Shown one piece after another: positions 18,828 through 28,449 of a stretch of DNA of 64,000 nucleotides. Under the pieces are notes generated by a model that was not told where the DNA came from, ran no database searches, and saw only the letters and a list, made by a program, of their open reading frames with translations. Source of the DNA: a virus; IMG/VR virus record IMGVR_UViG_3300005265_000549, positions 25,202 to 89,201 of that record; one strand, 5' to 3'. Numbering within the stretch: position 1 is the first letter of the stretch; each line of letters begins with the position of its first letter. The position numbers were made by a program, and so were the translations under genes.

Positions 18828-19247
18828 ATGAAAATAATGGAAAAAGATAATGTAAATTTGTTTGATTTTTTAAAATCTATTTCTGAAACAAAAGAAGAAT
18901 TATTTGAATTAGAAGATTTTGAGAAAAAATATCCTTCATTCATGGTTAATAGATTTTTATGTGCTTTACAAGAAACTTTATTTTTTTCAAATATAATGTC
19001 ACAAATGTCACATTTACCAAAAATATTACAATACGCTTTTTATTTTTATGGAATAGAAAAAAAGCGTAGATATTTTCATTATGAAGGAAAAGGAAAAGGA
19101 AATAAAACTGAAGATATAAACAGTATTGTTAAATATTATCAATGTAATAGAGAACAAGCTATTGAATATCAAAACATTTTAACTAAAGAACAAATTGAAT
19201 TAATAAAAAATATTTATTCAAAAAGAATAGAAAGGGATAGAAGATGA
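18828..19247 (+). CDS. 62: Clamp loader small subunit (T4 gp62)
   Basis: LFDFLKSI, YPSFMVNRFL and YYQCNREQAIEY; gene order. Confidence 0.85.
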   Translation: MKIMEKDNVNLFDFLKSISETKEELFELEDFEKKYPSFMVNRFLCALQETLFFSNIMSQMSHLPKILQYAFYFYGIEKKRRYFHYEGKGKGNKTEDINSIVKYYQCNREQAIEYQNILTKEQIELIKNIYSKRIERDRR

Positions 19248-19618
19248 ATAAAATTCCAGGAATTGAAATTTCATTAAAAGAACATTTTTCTATTGTAAGA
19301 GAATCACTTGATAGAATTGGAATTGCTAATAAAGAGAAAAAAATTTTAAATCCAAGTTGTTATTTATTACATAAACGAGGAAAATATTACATTATTCATT
19401 TTAAAAATCTTTTACAATTAGATGGAAAACGAACTAATTATTCAGAAGAAGATGATATCAGACAATCATCTATTGCTAGATTATTAGAAAATTGGGGGTT
19501 AATTTCTATTAAAAATAAAGAAGAATTAAATGAAAAAAATACTTTTGTTTTTGTATTACCATATTCAATGAAAAAGAATTGGACAATTATTCATAAATAT
19601 TCAATTGGTAAAAAATAA
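19244..19618 (+). CDS. regA: Translational repressor RegA
   Basis: VRESLDRIGIA, SCYLLHKRGKYYIIHFK.L..LDG and IARLLENWGL. Confidence 0.93.
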   Translation: MNKIPGIEISLKEHFSIVRESLDRIGIANKEKKILNPSCYLLHKRGKYYIIHFKNLLQLDGKRTNYSEEDDIRQSSIARLLENWGLISIKNKEELNEKNTFVFVLPYSMKKNWTIIHKYSIGKK

Positions 19619-19620
19619 GT

Positions 19621-20196
19621 ATGAGTCAAATTTGGTTTTCTTCTGATTTTCATTTTTATCATTTTAATATTTTAAAATATTGTAATAGACCTTTTAAAAA
19701 TTTAGAAGAAATGCATATTACTATTTTAAATAATATAAATTCAACTGTGAATGAAAATGATATTTTTTTCATTGTTGGTGATATGACAATAAAACGTGGA
19801 AGTAAACATAAACCTTATCTTTCAAAATTATTTGGAGAATTACCAGGACAAAAACATTTGATTGTTGGAAATCATGATTATTACACAAGAAAATTTTATA
19901 TTGAACAATGTGGTTTTTTAAGTGTTAATAGAAAAATCACAACTAAACAATATATAATTACTCATGATCCAAAAGATTTTGGTGGAGAATGTATTTTTGA
20001 AAATAAAATTTTAATCCATGGACATACTCATACACATCATCCAGTTTTATTATTTAATGAATTATCAATGTTAAATGGAGAAGCAACCTATGATGTTGGT
20101 GTTGATGCAAATAATTTCAAACCAGTTTCTTTAAAATATATCAAAGAATATTTTAAAAAACCTTACGAAAGAAAACCAAAATATTCTACAAATTAA
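19621..20196 (+). CDS. Calcineurin-like metallophosphoesterase
   Basis: SDFHFYH, VGD, GNHD, HGHTH and DVGVD motifs. Confidence 0.9.
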   Translation: MSQIWFSSDFHFYHFNILKYCNRPFKNLEEMHITILNNINSTVNENDIFFIVGDMTIKRGSKHKPYLSKLFGELPGQKHLIVGNHDYYTRKFYIEQCGFLSVNRKITTKQYIITHDPKDFGGECIFENKILIHGHTHTHHPVLLFNELSMLNGEATYDVGVDANNFKPVSLKYIKEYFKKPYERKPKYSTN

Positions 20197-20213
20197 TATT
20201 TTTTTGTTATAAT
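20185..20213 (+). promoter_or_regulatory. Sigma70-like promoter with extended -10
   Basis: TCTACA-17 nt-TATAAT with a TG extension, upstream of ORF 20234. Confidence 0.5.
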
Positions 20214-20233
20214 GTAAATAAAAAGGATAAAAG

Positions 20234-21157
20234 ATGTCAAAAATATTTAACGGTGAGCCTTTTGTTTTATTAACCCATTATGATTTAGATGGAGTTGGTT
20301 GTGCATTACTTTTAGAAAAAGTAGCACAAGATCAAATTTTAAATATGACTCCAACTGGTTATAATTCAATTGAAAAAAATGTTAAAAAATTCAATAATAA
20401 TAAAAATTTAATAATTACTGATTTTTCTCCTCATCAAAATATAATTGATATTTTAAATGAAAAATTTGAAAATGTTATTATTATTGATCATCATTTAAGT
20501 TCTTTAGAAGTAGATTTTCCCAAACATTGGAAAACATATATTAACATGAAAGCTTCCGGAACTAAATTATTATATCTTTATCTTAAAAAATTAGGTTATA
20601 ATTTAGAAGGAACAAAACAATTCGTTGAATGTGTTAATGATTATGATTATGTGATGTGGGAAAATATAGATCATTTTAATGATGAAAAACAAAGATGGAT
20701 GAATGCGATATATTTAAATAATATATTTTGGAATTTAAAATTCTTTCCATTTAATCAAAAATTTAAAAACTTTTCATGGACTCCAAATTTATGGAAAAAA
20801 GCTAAAGATCTACAAAATATTAAAGAGCGTGAAATTTCAGAATTTGATAATTATTTAATTGATGATTTTCTACGAATTGTTATGGCGAAAAATTATATAA
20901 GTGATATTTCTTTATTTTACACAAATGAAAAACATTTTGTTATAATGAGGAATAAAAATGAAATGAGTTTTAGATCTAAATTTAATCTAAAATCGTTTTA
21001 TACACAATTAAATGATATAGGTATTCCTGCTGGGGGACATAAAAATGCTGGTGGTGTAAATTTAAAAAATACTGATTATGCTGGTAAAGAGATGGAAGTG
21101 ATTGAATTATTTTATAATTTTTTAAAGGAGAATATGAATGGACAAGCAAACAAATAA
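20234..21157 (+). CDS. DHH/DHHA1 family phosphoesterase
   Basis: THYDLDG, ITD, IDHH, SFRS and GGHKNAGG motifs. Confidence 0.88.
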   Translation: MSKIFNGEPFVLLTHYDLDGVGCALLLEKVAQDQILNMTPTGYNSIEKNVKKFNNNKNLIITDFSPHQNIIDILNEKFENVIIIDHHLSSLEVDFPKHWKTYINMKASGTKLLYLYLKKLGYNLEGTKQFVECVNDYDYVMWENIDHFNDEKQRWMNAIYLNNIFWNLKFFPFNQKFKNFSWTPNLWKKAKDLQNIKEREISEFDNYLIDDFLRIVMAKNYISDISLFYTNEKHFVIMRNKNEMSFRSKFNLKSFYTQLNDIGIPAGGHKNAGGVNLKNTDYAGKEMEVIELFYNFLKENMNGQANK

Positions 21158-21287
21158 AGAATATATGAAAAATGATCAATTCATTAAAGATTGTAAAAAA
21201 GTTGGTATTGAACCAACTAGTCGTCAAGCATCAAAATATAAAATGAAAAAAGGAAAAGTATATAAAACATTAAATAAATTATTTTAA
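21138..21287 (+). CDS. Small basic protein (49 aa, not in ORF track)
   Basis: AAGGAG SD. Reads MDKQTNKEYMKNDQFIKDCKKVGIEPTSRQASKYKMKKGKVYKTLNKLF and fills the gap before gp33. Confidence 0.65.
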   Translation: MDKQTNKEYMKNDQFIKDCKKVGIEPTSRQASKYKMKKGKVYKTLNKLF

Positions 21288-21298
21288 AAAGGAAATAT

Positions 21299-21532
21299 AT
21301 GAATTCAAAAGTATTTATTAAAAAGGTATATAACAGTTTTAAAATTGATAAAATGAATATTTTTGAAACTATTTTAGCAATTCAAGAAAAATATAATTTA
21401 ACAGTTGAAGAAATAGTTGAAATATTAAAAGAAGAAAAAACTTTATTAAAAGATTTAGAATCACATTGTTTAAAGAATGGTTTATTAAAGAATAATAATA
21501 AAATATTTAATATTGATAATTTATTTTTATGA
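21299..21532 (+). CDS. 33: Late transcription coactivator (T4 gp33-like)
   Basis: Size, F...IFETILAI..KY..L.K pattern and gene order 33-59-32. Confidence 0.65.
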   Translation: MNSKVFIKKVYNSFKIDKMNIFETILAIQEKYNLTVEEIVEILKEEKTLLKDLESHCLKNGLLKNNNKIFNIDNLFL

Positions 21533-22161
21533 AAATAACTGGTTTCAATGCTTATGTAATTTATATTGCTATTAAAAATATTCATTTTTCAAATAGTAAA
21601 TTTGACATCACAAAACATAAAGAAATTCCTTTTAAAGATAAATTAATAAATAACTGGAATAAAACTCGAAGATTAAAAGATGGTAATAAATTTTATGAAA
21701 TAGAAAAAAAATTCAATACATTAAACAGTTTAACTTTCTTATATAGTTCTTATTATATTCATAATTCAAATTTTTATATTCAAGAAATTTTAGAAGATAA
21801 TTTTAATAAAGTTAAGAAAAATTTAGCTGAATTAAAAAATATTAAAGACATTTACACAAATGATTTTTATGATGTTATAATATATTGTAAAGAAAATAAT
21901 TTAAAAGCAAAAGATCTATTTTTTAATGAAGGACGAATTCCTCCAATATTTAATTTAGATATATCGATAAATAGTTTAATAATTTTAAATGAATTATTTG
22001 ATATTGTTAAATTAAATGAAAAAAATAAAATTAATGATCTTGAGAAAGAGAGGTGGTTATCTTTTAAAATAATATTGAATAAATACAAACTTATAATTAA
22101 CAATTTTATTACTCAAGAAAATTGGAAAAAAATAACTAATAATATAATAAAAAAAAATTAG
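21529..22161 (+). CDS. 59: Helicase loader (T4 gp59-like)
   Basis: GFNAYVIYIAIK.HF..KFDI.K and RxD..F motifs; gene order. Confidence 0.8.
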   Translation: MKITGFNAYVIYIAIKNIHFSNSKFDITKHKEIPFKDKLINNWNKTRRLKDGNKFYEIEKKFNTLNSLTFLYSSYYIHNSNFYIQEILEDNFNKVKKNLAELKNIKDIYTNDFYDVIIYCKENNLKAKDLFFNEGRIPPIFNLDISINSLIILNELFDIVKLNEKNKINDLEKERWLSFKIILNKYKLIINNFITQENWKKITNNIIKKN

Positions 22162-22179
22162 TCATGCCGTAAGGTGGAC
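22161..22179 (+). promoter_or_regulatory. GNRA-tetraloop hairpin upstream of gp32 (possible autogenous operator)
   Basis: GUCAUGCC-GUAA-GGUGGAC followed by an unstructured A-rich leader up to the RBS. Confidence 0.45.
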
Positions 22180-22201
22180 GAAAAATTAAAAGGAAATAAA
22201 A

Positions 22202-23053
22202 ATGAATTTCAAAGATTTTAAAAAACAGCAACAAGAATTTACTGAATCAGTAAAAAAATTAATTCAACCTGCAAAAAATAATTACAAAGATGACCGCTTT
22301 TGGAAATTTACAAAAGATGCTGCAGGTAATGCAAATGCAATAATTAGATTTCTCCCACAAAAAGATTTATCAAAATCTCCTGTTCAATTAATTTATAAAC
22401 ATGGTAGTCAAATTAAAGGACGTTGGTTAATTGATGAATGTCCCGTAACTATTGGAAAAAAATGTCCTATTTGTGAATATGCTGGAGAAATCTGGGATTC
22501 AAATGAAGACCTTGCTAGAAAATTATATCGAAGTAAAAGATATGTTGCTAATATTCTAGTTATTGATGATCCTTCTGAACCAGAAAATAATGGCAAAATA
22601 TTTTTATTTTCATTTGGAAAGAAAATTTATGATAAAATTTTAGAAATTATTGCACCAGAAGACGAAGACGAAGAAAGTTTTAATATTTTTGATTTTGATG
22701 AAGGTGTTAATTTCAAACTTAAAATAACTCAAGTTGGTGGTCATAATAACTATGATAAATCTAAATTTTTATTAACCAAGAAATCTATTGGTGACGATAA
22801 AAAACAAGAAGAAGTATTTAATTCTTTATATGATCTTGATAAATTTTTAGATCCAGAATTATTTAAAACATATGAAACTTTACAACAAAAATTGAATAGT
22901 ATTTTAAATAATACTAATGTTACAACTAAAAATATTCAAGAAGAAATTAAAAAGGAAACTAAATTAGAACCTGTAGAAGAAGTTTCTGAGGAAAATGTAG
23001 AAGAAGTTGATGAAGAAGATATTGATTTTGACGCTTTATTAGCTGACGATTAA
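22202..23053 (+). CDS. 32: Single-stranded DNA-binding protein (T4 gp32)
   Basis: DDRFWK, GNANAIIRFLP, CPVTIGKKCPIC, FGKKIYDKI, NYDKSKF and an acidic tail. Confidence 0.95.
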   Translation: MNFKDFKKQQQEFTESVKKLIQPAKNNYKDDRFWKFTKDAAGNANAIIRFLPQKDLSKSPVQLIYKHGSQIKGRWLIDECPVTIGKKCPICEYAGEIWDSNEDLARKLYRSKRYVANILVIDDPSEPENNGKIFLFSFGKKIYDKILEIIAPEDEDEESFNIFDFDEGVNFKLKITQVGGHNNYDKSKFLLTKKSIGDDKKQEEVFNSLYDLDKFLDPELFKTYETLQQKLNSILNNTNVTTKNIQEEIKKETKLEPVEEVSEENVEEVDEEDIDFDALLADD

Positions 23054-23074
23054 TTTTTTATAATTACTTATATT

Positions 23075-23131
23075 ATAGAGGAAGAAGATTTAATTTGTTC
23101 CAGTTTTTAAATCTTCTTCCTCTATTTTTTT
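23075..23131 (+). terminator. Intrinsic terminator at the convergence of the two gene blocks
   Basis: 19-bp perfect inverted repeat (23075-23093 / 23107-23125) followed by a T run. Confidence 0.85.
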
Positions 23132-23521
23132 GATTAATTCAGAAAGAGTTGAACGAATAATTTTTTTATCAATATTTTCATTATTTTCATTATTTTCTAA
23201 TTTTTCAGAATTATTTTTATCTATATCTCTAATTTTTTCATGTAAATCTAATAAACTTTTTGATGAATCTGTTAATACTTTTACTGCATTAGCTGCTGCT
23301 TCAACAGCTCTAGGAGAAGGAGAAGTTTTTGCTTCTTGAACAGAAGTATCAATTAATTCTGATCCTCTAACAATAGAACGAATTAAATTTTCACGAACAA
23401 AATTATAATCATCTAATATATCTTCAACAGTTCCTTTTGATTCGACTTCAACAGCATCTAATTCAGCAGGTTCTCTTAAATTTTCATCTTCTTCAAATAT
23501 ATCATTTATATTTCTAGACAT
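23090..23521 (-). CDS. 16: Terminase small subunit (gp16-like)
   Basis: DDYNFVRENL, SPRAVEA, LLDLHEK and STLSELIK motifs. Confidence 0.8.
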   Translation of the reverse strand: MSRNINDIFEEDENLREPAELDAVEVESKGTVEDILDDYNFVRENLIRSIVRGSELIDTSVQEAKTSPSPRAVEAAANAVKVLTDSSKSLLDLHEKIRDIDKNNSEKLENNENNENIDKKIIRSTLSELIKKIEEEDLKTGTN

Positions 23522-23522
23522 T

Positions 23523-24224
23523 TTAATTCTCCGTAATAGTAGTCACAATATTTGGATCATGCCAATCATGACTAATATTTGCTATAATTTTATCTTGTTC
23601 ATTTTGAAAATTAACATCAATATGTTCAATTAATGATTCAGGTAAATCTGAAGGATAAATAAATCCTTTTAAAGTCAAACTTAATGTTGCTTGAAAATTT
23701 CTAAAAGATTCTTCTTCTCTTGTTAATTCCAATTCATTTTCTAAAGAAACATCATTTAAAACTATATTAACATCTCTAATAAAATTTAAATAAGGTAATT
23801 CTTTTACATCAAAATTTAAATCAGGTTTAAAAAAATATAAAATTTGTTCTAAAATTTGCCAAAAATCATTTTGATATTTTGTTCTTACTGTTACTTCAAA
23901 ATTAAAATTATATGGTATTCCTTCAAACATATATTTTCCATCTTCAACATTAATAGTATTTAAACTATTCATTTTTCTTACTGGATCATATTGAAGTCCA
24001 GTAATGATAAATCCAATGACTGGTAATATTAAAGAACTAGCACCAACATCATCTTTTTGTGTAAGCATATAACTAATTTTATTTTTTGATGCATATATTA
24101 AAGGTACTTTAATATTTTTAATTTCATTATCATCATCATCTAATCGTTTAACATTTATATCTGAAAATATTTTTGAAATAACAATAATATATGTTCTAAC
24201 TATATTGTGGTACCAATATGCCAT
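23523..24224 (-). CDS. 15: Tail sheath stabilizer / terminator (gp15)
   Basis: YWYHNIVR.Y, IKVPLIYASK, LP..GF....YDPVRK and QILEQIL.FF.P. Confidence 0.88.
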   Translation of the reverse strand: MAYWYHNIVRTYIIVISKIFSDINVKRLDDDDNEIKNIKVPLIYASKNKISYMLTQKDDVGASSLILPVIGFIITGLQYDPVRKMNSLNTINVEDGKYMFEGIPYNFNFEVTVRTKYQNDFWQILEQILYFFKPDLNFDVKELPYLNFIRDVNIVLNDVSLENELELTREEESFRNFQATLSLTLKGFIYPSDLPESLIEHIDVNFQNEQDKIIANISHDWHDPNIVTTITEN

Positions 24225-25916
24225 TTAAATTGCTCCCATAATTAAAGATAAAGTATCATCATCCGAAGAAACTTTCATGTCTGGTGGTTGAATAATATTA
24301 TTTGTATTTAATAAATTATTTGTATTTTGAACATTTTCTGTTCTAATTATTTTTTCTTCATTTACTAAATTAGATATTTGTTTAGTTTTTTGTTTTAATC
24401 TTTCATCTTTCTTAAGTTGTAATTCTTTTTTAGGTATTTCTTGACTATAACCAAATTCATCAATTTGTGAAATTTCTTTTGGTTGTGTTTCATTATCTGA
24501 AGTAAACCAACTAAACAATCTATCTTTTATTTTCAATACAAAACTTCGAATTAATTTCATTAAATCTAAATCAGGAATTTTAATATTATCAAGACTAAAT
24601 TTTTCTTTTAAAGAAATAAATATTTCTTTTATATATTCATATAAACTTTCAAATGGTGAAAATATAATATCACTTAAATTATTAAATAATGCTGCTGCTG
24701 ATGATTTTACTAAATCTAAATTACCTGTGAATATTCCTTTAATTAAATCAATAAAACTTCTAATAGAAGATGTAACATTTTCTAAAAATACATTAACAGA
24801 TGTAGTTATTTTAGTAGCTAAATCAGAAAAACCAAGAAAATTCAATATCCATGAAGCAGCTCCTGTTAACATTTTAATTAAACCACCAATTAAAGAATCA
24901 AATATTCCAATTAAACCTTCTTTTATTCCACCAATAATACCATCTTTTTTAAATCCTTTCATAAAACCTTTTACAAAAGAATAAGCACTCATAATCACTG
25001 TTAAAGGTAAAGTGATTTTTCCTAAGATTTCACCAAAACTTTTAGAAAATTTTAATACTTTTCCTATTATTCCTCCTACTTTTTTAGAATCTTTTGCTAA
25101 TTTAAATGTCCATTTAAAAAAATTTATAATAGGATCAATAATTTTTCTAATTACTTTAATAAAACCCTTTACAAAACCACCCATTTTTTTAATAATTTTT
25201 ATTTCACTAACAGCTTTTTTTACATCTAAAAATAAATCAACTAATGGTTTAAATAATTTAAATAATTTTCCACCAGTTATTTTATTTAAATACTTAAAAC
25301 TTTTTGTTAAACCTTCAAGATATCCTTTGACAACCATAAAAGGTACAACTAATGCTGCAACAATAATTCCTATCGTTGTCAATATTCCTTTAACAAAATT
25401 ATTTTCAATTTTTGGTTTTTCTTTACCTTGATCTACTAAATCTTCTAATAATTCATTAGTTTTTTCTGAAGTTCTTATTTGTTCTTCTTGTTTTTGTTCA
25501 GCAAAAAAATCATTTTTAGGAGTAGTATTTTTAATAATATTATCTAATTTTTCATTTGTATCTTCTGAATTATCATTTAATTCTTCTTGATTTTCTTCAC
25601 TTTCATTTAAATCATCATTAGCATCTGTTTTTTCAAATTTTAATAAATCATTTATTTTATCACCAAGTAAGGCTAACATAGGTGAGCCTGTTGATAAACC
25701 AATTCCTTTCAATAAAGATCCTGGTCTTAACAGACTTTTAAAAGAAGTAAGCTGTTTTGCGGCATTTTGAGCGAGTTGTGTGCGATAACCTTCAGAACTT
25801 TTTTCTGATGCTTTTTGAGTCTTAACAATTTTTTCACCAACTTCTTTAATTGTTTTTTCAGAAGCTGGTTGATTTTCTTTATTTATTTTACTTTTAACTT
25901 CTTTACTATTTTCCAC
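24225..25916 (-). CDS. Tape-measure / baseplate hub protein (gp29-like)
   Basis: Long amphipathic helical repeats with hydrophobic segments; follows gp26/gp51-like genes. Confidence 0.55.
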   Translation of the reverse strand: MENSKEVKSKINKENQPASEKTIKEVGEKIVKTQKASEKSSEGYRTQLAQNAAKQLTSFKSLLRPGSLLKGIGLSTGSPMLALLGDKINDLLKFEKTDANDDLNESEENQEELNDNSEDTNEKLDNIIKNTTPKNDFFAEQKQEEQIRTSEKTNELLEDLVDQGKEKPKIENNFVKGILTTIGIIVAALVVPFMVVKGYLEGLTKSFKYLNKITGGKLFKLFKPLVDLFLDVKKAVSEIKIIKKMGGFVKGFIKVIRKIIDPIINFFKWTFKLAKDSKKVGGIIGKVLKFSKSFGEILGKITLPLTVIMSAYSFVKGFMKGFKKDGIIGGIKEGLIGIFDSLIGGLIKMLTGAASWILNFLGFSDLATKITTSVNVFLENVTSSIRSFIDLIKGIFTGNLDLVKSSAAALFNNLSDIIFSPFESLYEYIKEIFISLKEKFSLDNIKIPDLDLMKLIRSFVLKIKDRLFSWFTSDNETQPKEISQIDEFGYSQEIPKKELQLKKDERLKQKTKQISNLVNEEKIIRTENVQNTNNLLNTNNIIQPPDMKVSSDDDTLSLIMGAI

Positions 25917-26112
25917 TATTTTTTGCTCTCTTTTTTTCTTCTTTTAGTTGTTTTAATAATATAGAAGAATAAATTTCCATTTCATAAGGAATCATATTTT
26001 CAACTTCAGTTAATGAATAATCTGAATATCTAACAAAATCAGCAATACTTTCATATAAATCTACTAAAGATTTACTTTTATATAATTCTATAATAAATTC
26101 AAAAAATGACAT
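25906..26112 (-). CDS. Baseplate hub assembly catalyst (gp51-like)
   Basis: YSLTEVENMIPYEMEIY motif directly after gp26. Confidence 0.75.
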   Translation of the reverse strand: MSFFEFIIELYKSKSLVDLYESIADFVRYSDYSLTEVENMIPYEMEIYSSILLKQLKEEKKRAKNSGK

Positions 26113-26801
26113 TAGAAAAAATCTATAATTTCTTCAGTTTCAAATTCGTTTTCTTTACCACAATTAGTACAAATAAATTTAAAAGCTATTTTAATTTTAG
26201 GTAATCTTTCTAAACCATCAGATATTTTTTTAATTTCTTGGTTTGTTAAATTAAAAAGAATATTTTCTTTAAATTCTTTAATAGTAAAATCATTATAAAC
26301 TATTTCCTCATAAACAATTGATTTTATTGAAGAACATATTAAATCAATTACTTCAAGTTTATCATTTTCAAAAAGAAGATTAATATTGGGTAAAATCATC
26401 TGAACAACTAATTTATCATTCACAGAAACTGTTTCTATTTCTTTATTAATATTTTCAAATTTTAAAGATTCTTCTAAATTAACAGCGAACAAAGTATTTT
26501 TTTTACAATATTTACATTTTAAACTACCTTCAATTTCTTCACCAGTTGATTTCATTCTAATACTTAAAATTAGATAAAAGAAATCAACCATATTTAATTC
26601 TTTTATATTAAAATCTTTAGTAACTACACAATTTTCAATTAGAATATTGAATATTTTTAATATTTCTTCTTTATTTTCTGTATTGATTGATGTTAATAAA
26701 GATTTTTCTTCTTTAATAACAAAAGGTTTTATTTCAATAATTTTTTTTGAAACTGGTAACGTTATTGAATGTATTGGAACTTGTAAAATAGGTAATGCCA
26801 T
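26112..26801 (-). CDS. 26: Baseplate hub assembly protein (gp26)
   Basis: MALP, KPFVIKEEKSLL, IRMKSTGE, two CxxC motifs and C-terminal DFF. Confidence 0.88.
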   Translation of the reverse strand: MALPILQVPIHSITLPVSKKIIEIKPFVIKEEKSLLTSINTENKEEILKIFNILIENCVVTKDFNIKELNMVDFFYLILSIRMKSTGEEIEGSLKCKYCKKNTLFAVNLEESLKFENINKEIETVSVNDKLVVQMILPNINLLFENDKLEVIDLICSSIKSIVYEEIVYNDFTIKEFKENILFNLTNQEIKKISDGLERLPKIKIAFKFICTNCGKENEFETEEIIDFF

Positions 26802-26819
26802 AATCTATCTCCTCGATAA

Positions 26820-27677
26820 TCATTTAAAAAAAGTTTTTGCTTTTTCAATCATACCCTTAGTAAAAGATTGTTTCTTTTCTTCTAATACTGGTGGAATATA
26901 TTTTTTAACTTCAGTTGCTGCATGTTTTACATCTTCAGGAATTAAATTATTTATATGTGATGGAATATTTTTAATATTCTCTGGTATAGGAATTTGTTTT
27001 GTAATAGATAATGGATCATGTGAAACTTCTTCCGGAATCCATTTTTCTATTTCAAGTGGTAATTTAGGAATTTCAAATGGTAATTTAAGAATCTTAAACG
27101 TTGATTTATTTGTATCTTCTTCATGATGCAAAGGACTTTTAGCAGCAACTGAATGATTAACTTCTATATTTTCATATTCTAATTTAAGAAAATTAAATGA
27201 TATTGAATATTCTAATAAAGTATCTGAATTTTCCCATGCTAAATCTAAAGCTGAAATATTTGTTGGATATGCTTCAATTATTTTTACCTTATGAATAACA
27301 TTACCAATTCTATCTAATAAATCAATATCAATATTACAACTATATGATTCTTTGAAACCATATTTACCTTCACTAAAAATATAAGCTGACCATTGAGTAA
27401 ATAATTTGGTGATAAAACCATCACCATCAATAAAAAAATTTATAGTAATAGGATCATAATCAGCTCCACTAACAAACTTTCTATAATAACCATCAACTAA
27501 AAATTTAGATTCATTAAATGTAACTCCAGGGATTTGAATATTTTTACAAGCAAAAGATAATAATTCAGAATGTGGTAATTCTGGAAGATTAAAAAAATTC
27601 ACTCTAAATAAATTAGATCTCGCAAAACCTGAAGAAAATTTTTGAACAAAATCATTTATAGAAAGATTATTTGCCAT
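26820..27677 (-). CDS. Baseplate-tail tube initiator (gp54-like) with C-terminal extension
   Basis: GFARSNLFRV, CKNIQIPG and EAYPTNIS tube-fold motifs. Confidence 0.75.
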   Translation of the reverse strand: MANNLSINDFVQKFSSGFARSNLFRVNFFNLPELPHSELLSFACKNIQIPGVTFNESKFLVDGYYRKFVSGADYDPITINFFIDGDGFITKLFTQWSAYIFSEGKYGFKESYSCNIDIDLLDRIGNVIHKVKIIEAYPTNISALDLAWENSDTLLEYSISFNFLKLEYENIEVNHSVAAKSPLHHEEDTNKSTFKILKLPFEIPKLPLEIEKWIPEEVSHDPLSITKQIPIPENIKNIPSHINNLIPEDVKHAATEVKKYIPPVLEEKKQSFTKGMIEKAKTFFK

Positions 27678-27920
27678 TTATAATGATTCTTTCAAACCTT
27701 TATTTAATGTTCTCAATAGTTCTTTAACCATTTTTTTATTTTCTAATAATTTTTTAGAAAACATCAATGGATAAAAACCTTTACCATCTAATTTATATGT
27801 GACAGTGATATAATCATTTTTATCTGGTTTTGACATTCCAGTATATTCTAAAATTTCACCAGATTGAGTTGTTGTTGTTTCTTCATTTAATTCATTGAAT
27901 ATTTCATTAAAAGATTTCAT
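27678..27920 (-). CDS. Small protein with capsid-targeting-like N-terminus
   Basis: N-terminus MKSFNEIFNELNEE; AAGGA SD. Confidence 0.55.
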   Translation of the reverse strand: MKSFNEIFNELNEETTTTQSGEILEYTGMSKPDKNDYITVTYKLDGKGFYPLMFSKKLLENKKMVKELLRTLNKGLKESL

Positions 27921-27938
27921 TTAATATTTTCCTTTTTA

Positions 27939-28436
27939 TCAAGATCTTTCCCAATGACTAAAACTAAATGTTACACCATATTCTAAAATAGTATCAGCAT
28001 TTTCAAAACCTAAGTCCATAGGATCAATAGTTGTAGGCCAACAATTAATTAATTTATATTTTCCATTATCTGATTCAGAACCATCACGATTTAATTGAAT
28101 AACTTGAGCGGTTCTAAAATATTCTGATAATTGACCTGCACCTTTAGCTTCACCATTAGCAATAATATCAGTTTGCCATTTATCTAATTGAGTTCTAATT
28201 AAATAATCTTCATCATTTAGAATTGTTATAGTCCAATCATCAAATGTAATATCTCCACCAATTTTTATTGTGTTATTAAGATATTTCACTTCTATTGGAT
28301 TTATTGTTTTACCTGGAATTTGAGCAGCTTTACAAGTGAATTCAAGTTTTTGGCTTAAACCATCAATAAAAACTTTATATAAATTTGCTCTTGCTCCAAT
28401 AGTAAAATTTGAAACAAAATCATTAACTGTACTCAT
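27939..28436 (-). CDS. 19: Tail tube protein (gp19)
   Basis: GARANLYKV, CKAAQIPG, GDITFDDWTIT..ND and CWPT motifs. Confidence 0.92.
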   Translation of the reverse strand: MSTVNDFVSNFTIGARANLYKVFIDGLSQKLEFTCKAAQIPGKTINPIEVKYLNNTIKIGGDITFDDWTITILNDEDYLIRTQLDKWQTDIIANGEAKGAGQLSEYFRTAQVIQLNRDGSESDNGKYKLINCWPTTIDPMDLGFENADTILEYGVTFSFSHWERS

Positions 28437-28449
28437 TTAATTTTCTCCT

